A stretch of 64,000 bases of DNA from Phoronis australis (Eukaryota > Animalia > Phoronida): NCBI GenBank assembly GCA_002633005.1, contig NMRA01000629.1:109589-173588 (forward strand). Direction: 5' to 3'. Shown in pieces: positions 53,140 through 64,000 of this stretch. The position numbers and the translations under genes are program-made. The notes under the pieces were generated by a model. The model ran no database searches and was not told the DNA's origin. It was given only the letters and a program-made list of their open reading frames with translations. Numbering within the stretch: position 1 is the first letter of the stretch; each line of letters starts with the position of its first letter.

Positions 53140-53560
53140 ACGGCAGTTTTGTCATTAGGTGAAAGTCCTCTTTCCTTGGCTGTTCACAGCAGCCTCTAGA
53201 GATGTACCAACGGAGGTGATCAGAACTGTACATTGGCATTTGCTTTTCATATACAGTAGCTCCCTCCAGCAGCTTCAGGGATGCTAGAGCTTTCCATTCC
53301 TCAAGCACTGTTGTTCTTTCTCCACAACCACTGCGATGCTCTTTCAGCCTGGTAAACCTTGTCATCCACAACTTTCTTCCAGTCGCTTATGCAAGGCTGA
53401 CGTTAATGTCCAATAACCTGCTGTATCCAAGATGCCGCTTCTCTCATGTTGTTTCCCAGTGTCATCTCCCTTGCGTAGGAAACCAGTGCATCCTACATGG
53501 GCCACTTGTCACATTTCGGTCCTTCTTAAAAGCCTTCTCTAGGTGTCCTACCACTTCTAC
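53140..53560 (-). mobile_element. Second HERO-like fragment
   Basis: Shares ccactgcgatgctctttcagc and cttctctaggtgtcct...accacttct with 38940-39680. Confidence 0.6.
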
Positions 53561-53954
53561 TAAATACCGTGTATCCAATTGTATCGCTGTCATGACAATA
53601 ATTTATTTAAACTATGTCTTTCAATTTAAAATGAGGACATTCTTGTTAGGATTTCTCCGGAAATTCCTGCTGTTAATATACTTTTTGTCAGTCGACTGTG
53701 AGCGCATGGGCGTTTTTATCCTAACTGGGAGGTAAATTAAAAACTCTGTGGTAATTACAGAGCTTTGCTTTCCAGCATATTTCAAAACTTGAATTGAGTG
53801 ATTTTCCACGAAATTCCGACTCAGGGAAAGTGAATAACTCTGTAATACATTTTGCCATATGATACTTTTTGTTTTGAAAGTCATTTTCCTGCGTTTTCGC
53901 GTTTTGTGCCTCTTTAACGGCAAAGGTCGCTTTTGAAGTCCAAGAAGCACACGT

Positions 53955-54645
53955 TGTTAACCCTTATTACAAGGTTAGAGGAGGCTATTTGGATCCAAGA
54001 AGTACCTATTCCAGAACATATACCCAATCTGTAATCGAATAAATTTGAAAGAAACGCTCCACTCACGATTCGAACACGAAGAACACCGCCATTTTGAACT
54101 TACCGCGAACCCGGATGCACAGTTCATTCAGGAACACAAGCTAAGTGTACGCCGCCGGTGCGACTGGAGTAGTGTATGTTACCAGCTTGCAAACGGGGAT
54201 AAGTAACCGACAGCCCGCCTTAACGTTGATAAAAATCAAAATACGGACAGTTTTATCGACTTCGCAGACAAAATGTGGCGAATAAATTTTGACAGAAAAA
54301 GGTTCGAATCACAAATGCCGTATAGGCTACATACAAAAATATTTTCACACACTTGCATGAATTACGGGCTGGTTAGTCCTGTGTTACTCTGCCCCAGAAG
54401 CCCTAAGGTTACATGTAGCTAAGCCTGCTAGCAGTACTGAAGACTATCGTTAAAATACAGCTTGTTACTATACAGGTTTGCGCCAAGGCTAACCTTAGGC
54501 CTACAGTGTACGTGGTCACTGGCCACAGCGCTCGCTCAAACGAGGTTTATTTAGAACTTCGGGTCTTCTGGCGAACAGTTTAAAGTTGCTGGCTTTCAAA
54601 TGAGATTTTCCCAGACTTTACATGAGCGCACTTAGCCTAAAATGG
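53955..54645 (+). repeat. Paralog of ~1545-2330 (unclassified repeat or duplication block)
   Basis: ggatccaagaagtacct, cgccattttgaactt-ccgcgaacccgga and gctcaaacgaggtttatttagaactt shared and colinear. Confidence 0.85.
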
Positions 54646-54927
54646 ATGGACAACAACAACAAAAAACAACAACAACAAAAACAACAACAACAACAAAATT
54701 ATTGCAGTTAGTGGTAGTACTAACTATAATTATAACTAAGTTAGACGAATTTGAGTCTGATTCAAAGCGCTTCGCTTAATCTTTCAGCCATACCCGGCCG
54801 TAGGACTCAACTACGCCCGAGTCGTGTTTGCGCAGATGACAGGATCGTGCACACGATTAGAGGAGGCTTTACATGTATGTCATTCATTGGCATTAAACTT
54901 GCGTGGTTGCTACACCATTACCGTCGA

Positions 54928-55203
54928 TATTGTCGTTGGCCAAACGAGTGAAAACGTTACACCTGTAAATTACGCGCGTACGTTAATTCTTGTTAGAGGC
55001 GTAAAGTAATTACCTATAGCGTAAAGTAATTATCACATTGCGACCAAAAGAAAGTATTTGCGGCGGTAAAAGTTACTCACGACGCAAATAATTACTTTAC
55101 GCGGCAAATAATTTATATATGCCGCACTTAATTTCGACTGTAACAAGAAATTTCTTACACAGGTAATTTAATGGCGTAACGTTCACCCATTTGGCCAACA
55201 ATA
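54928..55203. mobile_element. Fold-back MITE
   Basis: ttggccaaacgagtgaaaacgttacacc vs rc ttggccaaatgggtgaacgttacgcc; imperfect symmetry continues inward. Confidence 0.55.
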
Positions 55204-55921
55204 CATGTGCATCATTGGGTACCAAGGAAGTCTAAAAGTAAATGTCTGTAGCTAACTAAGTTTTAAAACAGCGAAATAGCTACCAAAAAGAAGTGTGGCG
55301 TGAATGTCTTAAAATCGACAAAGAAACAAAACGGCAGAAAATATGATTGTTATCTGCTATTTTGGTGTACTTGCTAGCATAGTAGGGTAAGGTGCAAGCA
55401 TATCAAATTTCTAATTGAAGGTGATCGTCAAATGTTCATCCAGTGTCCACTTTAATGGTGGATTGGTGGATTGACATGCATGCGCGCGTACACGTGTGTG
55501 CGTTTTCATTCTTTTAAATCCAGTACACGCCGATGGTAAGTTCACTATAGGCAATCTTCTGTCGTTGCTCAAACAAAAACCTTACATTTAAGAATGATTC
55601 CATATAAAACCACATGAAAAGGAAAAAATCACTCTATACTCAAAAATCCACACAGAGCTAATATTTTGTGCATCTGTTGATATGCTGGCCCAAAGTACGA
55701 GGCTGCAATATTTGCAATCAATGACCTTTGGTTACCGAGAAATGACCTACATGTATTTGACTATAAAGGCATATGTTGCATTTTTTCATGTCAGTAAAAC
55801 TGCATTTTTTGAACGGCAAAAAATCAGAATTGGAAAGCAGGTAACAAAGTTTGACATTGATGGTCATAAAGACTCCTGTAAGGTTAGTAAGAAAATGAAA
55901 TTTGCAACTCATAGGTACAAT

Positions 55922-57483
55922 CAGGAAGAGATAACCAGGAATGGACAACTGTTTAGCGCATTTTAACGGATATTCAAAAGTGATTTCAAATGTAAATGTT
56001 AAAGTCGTCTGGAATCCAAGCATTGTGTTTGAAAGCTTAACTCTTTAGCTATAAAATGACACCACTTTGCTCCACACTAGGATGCTTTGAACATGACATG
56101 TTTTACCCCTAAAAAGATGCCTCTTCCCAGGCATGTACTCGGGCATAATCCTCTTTTTTGAACCAACAGATGTCACTTATATATGCAAATGAGGCTCGCA
56201 TCTCCTACTTCATATGACGTCATACGATGTCATACGTCGCGAACTTCCAATTTGAACCCTCCGGTGCCTATAGCGAATGACTTGAAACGCAGTTCTACCT
56301 GATTGGGCAGATCTAAGAAAATTAAGAACTCACACAAATCGATGTTCAAAGAACATTGAATGGTTTCACATGAAAATACATTTAATTGTATTTGGATACG
56401 CTTGCATATGTGTAAGCGTGGACTTTGTAATTTTGCTTATATCCAGATTTATAAGCAGGTGTTAGTCAAGAAATTAGCTGCTCCAGCCACGGGTGGCAGG
56501 TGTCGTGGCATCCGAGTCGCCGGGAAGTCCGATCCATGCATGCGCAATTCGACGAACTAATGCTAGTCGCTGGTCAACTCCTCTATGATTCATGCGCAAT
56601 TCGAAAAACTAATGCTAGTCGCTGGTCAGCTCCGCTATGATTTGAGACGTGCGGCTTAGCTCGAATCTATACCCGTGTTCTGGCTCCAAGGTCGTTCATT
56701 GACCCAGTTTCGGGAAAAGTTTATTTTAAGACGGTCATTTCCTGAAGATTTTTTTGAAAGAAATGATCCCGAAATCCTTGGCCTATAGAGCTGTTGAAAC
56801 ACAGCCACTGGTCCAGCTTCTGCCGCCGGGCGGCTGGGGAAAATGCTATGGAACGCGTGTCCCAAAAATGCCGCACACTTCAACTCCTGCAGTTCAAGTT
56901 CATTTCCCGTCAATCACTGTGCGCGGATTCTACGCGGGCAGCCAACACCTCATTTTTAACGTGGGTGCGTCACTGAGTCACGACGTGTCCAGCCTTTGCA
57001 GTATGCACGGGAATGTTCAATAAACGATTCGGTTTAGAAGAACCTAAATTCATTGCACAATACTACTGGGTACTACAAGCATCAAGGAAATGCAAAGGCA
57101 ATCTTTCCAAATTTACGAGCAATGACTTCAATTTCTTTTTCGATCAGATCTACGATTTGTAAATTTTTGAATTTCTTTAGTCTAGTTTTTTTTTAAATCC
57201 AATACATTCATGAATATCACTGTTATCGTTTAGAGTCCTTCTTTGCGATATGGTGGTCTGATGATGGTTCCAATTTTTGCAAGTCCGTCCTTCAGCCTTC
57301 AACTAAGTTCAGTGACGCTTTGCCACTTCTTACAAGACAGCTCCTGTGCTGTGCACGAATGTTTTTTGTTTTTGATGAATTTGAAATCTCAACTTCCCCT
57401 CGTGAGTAGTTGGCAGTGTCATGTGGGAGGTGTATAGAGGTTGCAGCACTGAAAAAAGTGGGGGCTAAAGCCCCCTCAGCCCT
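55922..57483 (-). mobile_element. Truncated inverted copy of the right ~1.55 kb of the P-like element
   Basis: Begins caggaagagataaccaggaatggacaact; reverse-complement similarity to ~61527-63073 over the whole length. Confidence 0.8.
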
Positions 57484-57489
57484 TACAAA

Positions 57490-57652
57490 AAAGAACTTTT
57501 AAAAGTTTTCTGAAAAACTTAACATTGTTCTGAAAAACTTAAGTTTTTGGCGAAAAACTTAAGTTTTAAAAACTTAAGTTTCTTTTAAAAACTTGTTCTG
57601 AAAAACTTAAGTTTTTTCGCCAAAAACTTAAGTTTTCAGCGAAAAACTTAAG
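57490..57652. repeat. Array of the palindromic motif aaaaacttaagttttt
   Basis: About 7-8 imperfect copies seen directly. Confidence 0.8.
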
Positions 57653-57772
57653 AGTGCAGTACACTTCAGACCAGGCAAAAATCCATGCAGGGGTGATAAA
57701 CCCTACATGTATGTCACGGATTTGGATCATATTATGCATTTTTGTTTACTTTGTTATGGTAATTACTAAAAT

Positions 57773-60700
57773 CAGGAAGAGATAACCAGGAAGGGACAAC
57801 TAGCTAAACCGCCGTTTTTGGCCTCTTTCCCCGGATTAATTTCAGGACTTACGATTCGTTTAAAAGGAAACAGATGAGTTTATCGGAGACATTAAAGCTT
57901 TTTCTATAGAAGGATATCAAAAAACTCACTTTGCAACCTTAAACAGTGGTGTAATTGTACTTTGAAAATATCGACTTCAGCGCACTCAATCGTAACTTCC
58001 CACACGCAGTCACGGGCATTTAAGCTTTTCCGTCGATGTATAGATGGCGCAGTAGTCAAGTACTCCCTCATTTGAATATCAAATTTGCATGTGGGAGTTC
58101 TGAGACTCTCGTCAGTTGTTGGTCGAGCCCTTGATAAAGCGGTAACCTACCGCTGAGAGCACGCGCTGATGAAGATATCACAGCGAACTCGATCGCTTCC
58201 GCAATCAGGAGGTGAAAACACTCTGATGACCGCAGTTCTGAATTCCAGCTAAGCAAGCCCTATTTCGAGGAGCGGACTTTGAATTGTTTTTGTCCCCTGA
58301 CAGTGGATTGCAGAGACGGTTAGAATGAGGTCAACATCGAACTTTCTGCGGCTACCTATCGTGTTGACAAAGGTTTGAAGTGTTAGAACCATAGACGGAG
58401 CGAGCGGGTTGTCTATGATTCATGTTCTTCTTCAGTTGACGAAAACATTGCTATCGGCATAAAAATGACCGTGGGAAATTCATTTTGAAGTAGATACCTG
58501 TTTCCAAGAAAAAATTTTAATACTCTGTAATATCTCACCCTCCGCATGTCGTTTCTTTGACGTTGTTTGAGGTTGCGGTATTGTGAAACAACGCCGTCGG
58601 GTGAGAGAAAATGCACCGAATAATTGGAATTGGATGCAGGTCTTCCTTTAGAATGCCCGGACTCAACTGTGCCGTTTTCTTGGCAAGTCTCTTGCCTATC
58701 GAAATTTTTCTGAGCATTGAAGACATCGGCCTTTTCCTGCGCCAAACAACCTTTTGTCTGCTACAGAAATGTTATGCCTAATTTTCTACCATTTTAGCAC
58801 ACTTTTTGGCTCTGTTACAATTAGCACTGCCACAATCGTATTTTTTAATTCCGCCACAATATGCATACTTGGAAGTTAGTTTTGCTAGGTGTTTTTCCAA
58901 ATTAAGCCACAACAGTTGTTCATCGTTAAAAGCCTCAAATTCCTCGACGCCATGGACATTTCCGTCAACACAAAACGCACCCTTGCCATTCTTAAAAATT
59001 CGTGTATATGTGCTATAATTGCTTCGAAGGACCGGCAGTAACCGTGGCTGGAATATAGGCAGCTTCGTGACTAAGTCTACAACTAACTCCTGTTGAAATT
59101 CTCTATACTTCAAAATTCTTGTTTGCAGGTGCTGGTGATTGCCATGCAATGGTTTTCATAAAAAGAGACTAGAAATCCGAGTTGTCACACACGCCTACTA
59201 GCTGGCCTGGTACTGCCTTACATTTTCACTGGCCTCCTTCCTACAGTCGACTTGCACAATAGACGAATTAGTGTACACATTTGTGGTCACTTGTCGGGTA
59301 CAGGCCCATGAGACAAGTTTGCAGCAACAAATTCAGTACGAATCCATAAACCTTTTTACACGCACAATTAAATGCGCAAAAATGCTCCTGTATTTTTTAA
59401 ACATTTAATTTAATGCTCAAGCTATACAACGAGTGAGTGTTGAAACACAACATTGACCTTGGACCAAAAAAGATGGACTCCTTGCATCAGGACCTTAGTA
59501 AGCGGGGGGAGGGCGAGTCCAACCCCCCAAAAAATTGCATGCCTCAGGGTCAAACATGGCAACCGACAAAGGTGTGGGCCTGGGGAAGGACACAAAAAAG
59601 ACTTCGAATAGTGAACAGAGAGAAAATTCAAGAGAAAATTGCCATCCACTCGGTGTCAGGTTTACCATTTGAGGGCCCTGTCCAGGACAATTGTTGCTAG
59701 GGTCTCCGTTTTTGCAGCATAGGTCGTCTAAGCGCCCTTGAAAATGTGCACTTAAAGGAGCATGGCACCCAAAAAACCTAATTTGTATCAATTTAGATCG
59801 AGTAGTTCTACTCCACTAACGCCACGTACGGTTGCGTTACCTGACACCTGACGGGAGACGGAGGTGTTGAAATTATACAATGACGTCATCGGTTTCACAC
59901 GCAGTCTGTTCAGCAGTTCACAACGGGTTACTGGTGTCAGCTTATCGCTTGAAGTCATCGTTTAACACCAATAAATCATCAAACTCCGATGTAAAACCCT
60001 TAAAAATACACCGATTTCTTATAAAAACGTGTTGTTTTGTTTCGCTCTTGCGGATTTATTGGTATTTGGACACACCGCAGCCTACAAAGTTTGGCAGGCC
60101 AATAAGGTCCGTAGCAGGAGTTTGGGGTCTTTTCGGAGAGAATTTCGAAGTATTTTCCGTGAGATACAGACAGGAGAACCTAGATCTGTGTTGTTTAGAT
60201 TTGCAATTTTTTGAGTTCTAAATACAAAACGCTTGTTATTCTGGCCAGTGGCTCGGAGCCCGATCACTGAGGCCCGTGCCGGCCGGCCCGATTGCCTGAC
60301 TCGTTATCCCAGCCAGACGTGGCTCGGAAACTGATCAGACATCACGAACATAAACGAGCCAAAGTTCAGTGGAAATTAAACTTCCAGTCAAGAAAATACT
60401 ATACTAGTGAGCCAAAGCAATGTGCACCTGATTATGTTGGTGAATTAACCACGAAACTGCAAATCTACTTACTCGTCGGGTTCCGATTTGGCCACAGCAC
60501 CGTCAGGGCAGAAGTTGTACATTGACAATCATTATTTGAGTAATGTAAATGTAAATAAAGATTCCCCTTACACCTGGCCGTGGGATGGAAATCAAGTTGT
60601 TTCACAACAGTTCTGCCAGCAAACACTAAATTAGCATGAGCTCACACGGCCTCGGTGTCCCGTCAATTAGTCTGTTTATTGCACCTAAAGCCGGTAACGC

Positions 60701-63073
60701 AGTGTTTTATTCATTGCTGGCTTCTCAAATCATTTGCGCTCACGAACACTCCAAAGGCATTACAAATTGCATCTAATGAGGCGGACTTTGTTTCAGTTTT
60801 ATGTAAGTATTGGTTAGGATTAGAATAATTCATTTTGAAACAGAAAGCTCAGTAATAAACGCCAACATGGCAACTCGCAATCCCGACTTAGGACGAGCTA
60901 GAGCTTATCAGTCCCGACTTCGCAGGTGGATCGTTAAGTTTTACAGGCTATCAATTCGAACAGGAATACAATGATGAAGAAATACTAGAGAGGCGCCGTG
61001 AACAAGCTCAGACAACTTAAGGTATGGCGTTATTTGGTAAGCCGGCATTCATCAGGCACTGTCGACGTCTGCAGGCCACAGACACGGAGATGTTTCACGG
61101 CCTCACCCTTGCTATTTACAGCGTACATTTCATTCATCACTACCATGAGCCACTTCCTAAGCATATCGGACTCACGAGGAAGTAAAAAAACGATATACCC
61201 GCTTTCGAACAAGCGGGAACGATGCACCGCAACATAGCGCATTCACTCTGCATATGAACCACTGACTTCGCTAGCGTCGTTTCTCACCTTCCTCACAGGT
61301 TAACGCGACACCTCATGGCAAGGTAAGATCGACCGTATGCGAGGCGAAGTGGATATAGACCGATCAAGACTGCAAAAAAGACTAATTAAATCGGGTGGCA
61401 TTCTCCTTTAATCATTCATACATGTATTTCGAAAATTCGAGAAAATTTGTAAAGCAACAGTTTTGCGGAGCGTATTAATTCAGTCCAAGTTTTTCAGTGG
61501 CCCATAGGCGGTGCACTACGGGGAAGGGGGGCTGAGAGGGCTTTAGCCCCCACTTTTTTCAGTACTGCGCCCTCTATACACCTCCGGCATGACACTGCCA
61601 ACTACTCACGAGGGGGACTGAGTTGAGCTTTCAAATTCATCAAAAACACAAAACATTCCTCCACAGCACAGAAGCTGTCTTGTAAGAAATGGCGATGCAT
61701 CCCTGAACTTAGTTGAAGCCTGAAGGCTGACTTGCAAAAATTCGATCCATCATCAGACCACCATATCGCAAAGAAGGACACTAAACGATAACAGTGATAT
61801 TCATGAATGTCGGGCAGCTCTAAATGCTTTATTGAATTAAAAACTAGACTAATGAAATTCAAAAATTTACAAACCGTAGATCGAAAAAGAAGTTCAAGTC
61901 ATTGCTCATAAATTTGTAAAGATTGTCTTTGCACTTCCTTGATGCTTGTAGTTCCCAGTAGTATTGTGAAATGAATTTAGGTTCTTCTAAACCGAATCGT
62001 TTGCTTGCCATTCCCGTGCATATTTCAAAGGCTGGACACGTCGTGACTCATTGACGCAACCACGCAGTAGGCTGCCCGAGTAGAATCCGCGCACAGTGAT
62101 TGACGGAAAAAAACTTGAACTGCACTGAGGGGTTGAAGTGTGTGCCTTTTTGGGACACCGCGTTCATTTTCCCCAGCCGCCCGGCAGAAGCTGGACCCGT
62201 GTTTCAACAAGGAAATTTGACACAGCTCTATAGGCCAAGGATTTCGGGATCATATCTTTCAAAAATATCTTCAGGAAAGGACGGTATTAAAATGAACTTT
62301 TCCCGAAACTGGGTCAAAAAAACGACCTTGGAGCCAGAACACGGGTATAGGTTCGAGTTAAGCCGCACGTCTCAAATAAATCATAGCGGAGCTGACCAGC
62401 GACTAGCTTTAGTTCGTCGAATTGCACATGCATGGATCAGACTTCCCGGCGACTTGGACGCCACGACACCGGTCACCGTGGCGGGAGCAGCTAATTTCTT
62501 AACTAACACCTGCTTCTAAATCTGGATTTAAGCAAAATGACAAAGTCCACGCTTACAAACATACAAGCATATCCAAATACAATTAAACATTTAAATGTAT
62601 TTCCATGTGAAACCATTCAATGTTCGAACATTGAATTGTGTGAGTTCTTAATTTTCTTAGATCTGACCAATCAGGTAGAACTGTGTTTCAAGTCATTCAC
62701 TATAGGCAACTGAGGGTTCAAATTGGAAGGTCGCGTCGTATGACGTCCTATGACGTCATATGACGTAGGAGATGCGAGCCTCATTTGCATATATTAGTGA
62801 CATCTGTTGGTTCAAAAAAGAGGATCATGCCCGAGTACATGCCTGGAAAGAGGCATCCTTTGGAAGGGTAAAGCAAGTCATGTTCAAAGCATCCTGGTGC
62901 CATTAATATGCAGTCTTTGGGGACCAAAGTGGTGTCATTTTATAGCTAAAGAATTAAGCTTTCAAACACAATGCTTGGATTCCAGATGACTTTAACATTT
63001 ACTTTTGAAATCACCTTTAAAAACACGTTAAAATGCGCTAAAACAGTTGTCCCTTCGTGGTTATCTCTTCATG
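57773..63073 (+). mobile_element. P-superfamily-like non-autonomous DNA transposon
   Basis: 29-bp TIR caggaagagataaccaggaagggacaact / (rc) catgaagagataaccacgaagggacaact; 7-bp TSD CTAAAAT at 57766-57772 and 63074-63080; CA..TG termini. No THAP or transposase recognised. Confidence 0.72.
59756..61407 (+). mobile_element. Internally deleted Kolobok transposon nested in the P-like element
   Basis: TTAA|aggagcatggcaccc ... gggtggcattctcct|TTAA; remnant GYQFEQEYNDEEILERR (~60946) resembles the KolX N-terminus. Confidence 0.7.
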
Positions 63074-64000
63074 CTAAAATGCATTTTAAACAAATTCTCT
63101 CGCGTTAGGTTGCTTAAAAGTCGGGTACCTCAGTTTTCACTGAAAACAACTATCAGAACTTACCCCAATGATCGCAGTTTTTGTGACATTGTAAGTAATT
63201 ACAGAAGCTACTAAAAATGAAATAGCTACTGTTTTGTACAAAGTTATCCATTGTCTTCCTAAAAATGAAAAATTAAAGTGTCAAGTTGCACCTTAAATTC
63301 CACATTTTGGGGTTTGAATGGTCATGGGGTCATACAAGCAGAAAACATGGATAACTTGCCCTGGTTTGAATGACTCAATCTCAGCTGAAGCCAAATTTTA
63401 CACTTTGAAACTTAATCGTGGGTTTGTTCTATCTTAGTAGAATAGATATTTGGCATCAAAACCGCCGGCAAACACATGTCTTCATATAGTAATGAGCAAT
63501 TGTTTGCAGCCACCTCAGCCAAAGTGAGCACTTGTGACAATAGCTACTAGTCATCGAAAATGTTGAGTTTTGAGATTTAAAAGTACTCGCATGGTTGTTA
63601 AATTATTGGGCTTATTTCTTAGCAAATAAAATTCGATAAAACTAGTATTTTTTGTTTTTTTTTTTGTTCTTTGTTACTATAAATTACCATTTTGATGAAG
63701 AGCCCTTCAGGTGTCTCTGATATCACTGAAGAAAAAATGGCTGATAAGGTGGTGGAAGTAGTTAATATAGTGTGTTCGTTGGAATAATCCATCAAATCTG
63801 GTTTATGGAGCTTCAAGGGAATATCGAAACCATGCAGCAAGCAAGTGAAGCACTAACTGATTGCACCAAGTCCATAGCAAGCCATCTGAAATATGTTAAA
63901 GTCACCGACCCAGTCCCGTTCAGTGACAGTGCTGAAACTGAAAGTGGCAGCTGATTCTTGCCAGGGTTAGAGTGGGCTTGTTTACAACAGTTTGCCCCAC

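Noticed and set aside
2700-61425. TACATGTA as p53-like half-sites or other selected regulatory motifs
   Set aside because: Filled/empty paralog pairs show they arise as insertions, including within TE coding remnants; there is no evidence of selection here.
55922-63073. A single element with 1.55-kb TIRs
   Set aside because: Outer flanks (gtacaat vs ctaaaat) are not a TSD, whereas 57773/63073 share CTAAAAT; two copies explain it better.
1-64000. Species assignment and any prokaryotic defence or CRISPR system
   Set aside because: Introns and the TE repertoire indicate an invertebrate animal, but nothing here fixes the taxon; no repeat-spacer array or operon is present.

Overview
AT-rich, intron-containing animal (probably marine invertebrate) genomic DNA with one 742-bp N gap and two single-N joins. 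No prokaryotic operons, rRNA or CRISPR. The backbone is a decayed tandem triplication of a roughly 11-12 kb unit carrying alternating small secreted PAN/apple-domain genes (type A at 0.9 and 48.6 kb, type B at 9.3 and 46.9 kb, and a type-A 5' remnant at 12 kb). It is inflated by nested transposons: a Tx1/L1 LINE with TSD; a 17-kb PIF/Harbinger (Myb/SANT gene plus transposase) containing an Academ element, a Helentron-type HINE and a Penelope fragment; HERO-like and Penelope fragments; an ISL2EU-like element; and a P-like element with a 7-bp TSD containing a Kolobok derivative. The most striking signal emerges from aligning paralogous segments by eye: TA dinucleotides have repeatedly become TA-CATG-TA (also TA-CAG-TA, TA-CAGTG-TA, TA-GGCC-TA), sometimes stacked at one site and sometimes in frame inside ORFs. 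These look like very dense transposon-excision-type scars, and no source element is recognisable in the window. All coordinates and counts are by eye; family names rest on recognised motifs, not database searches.
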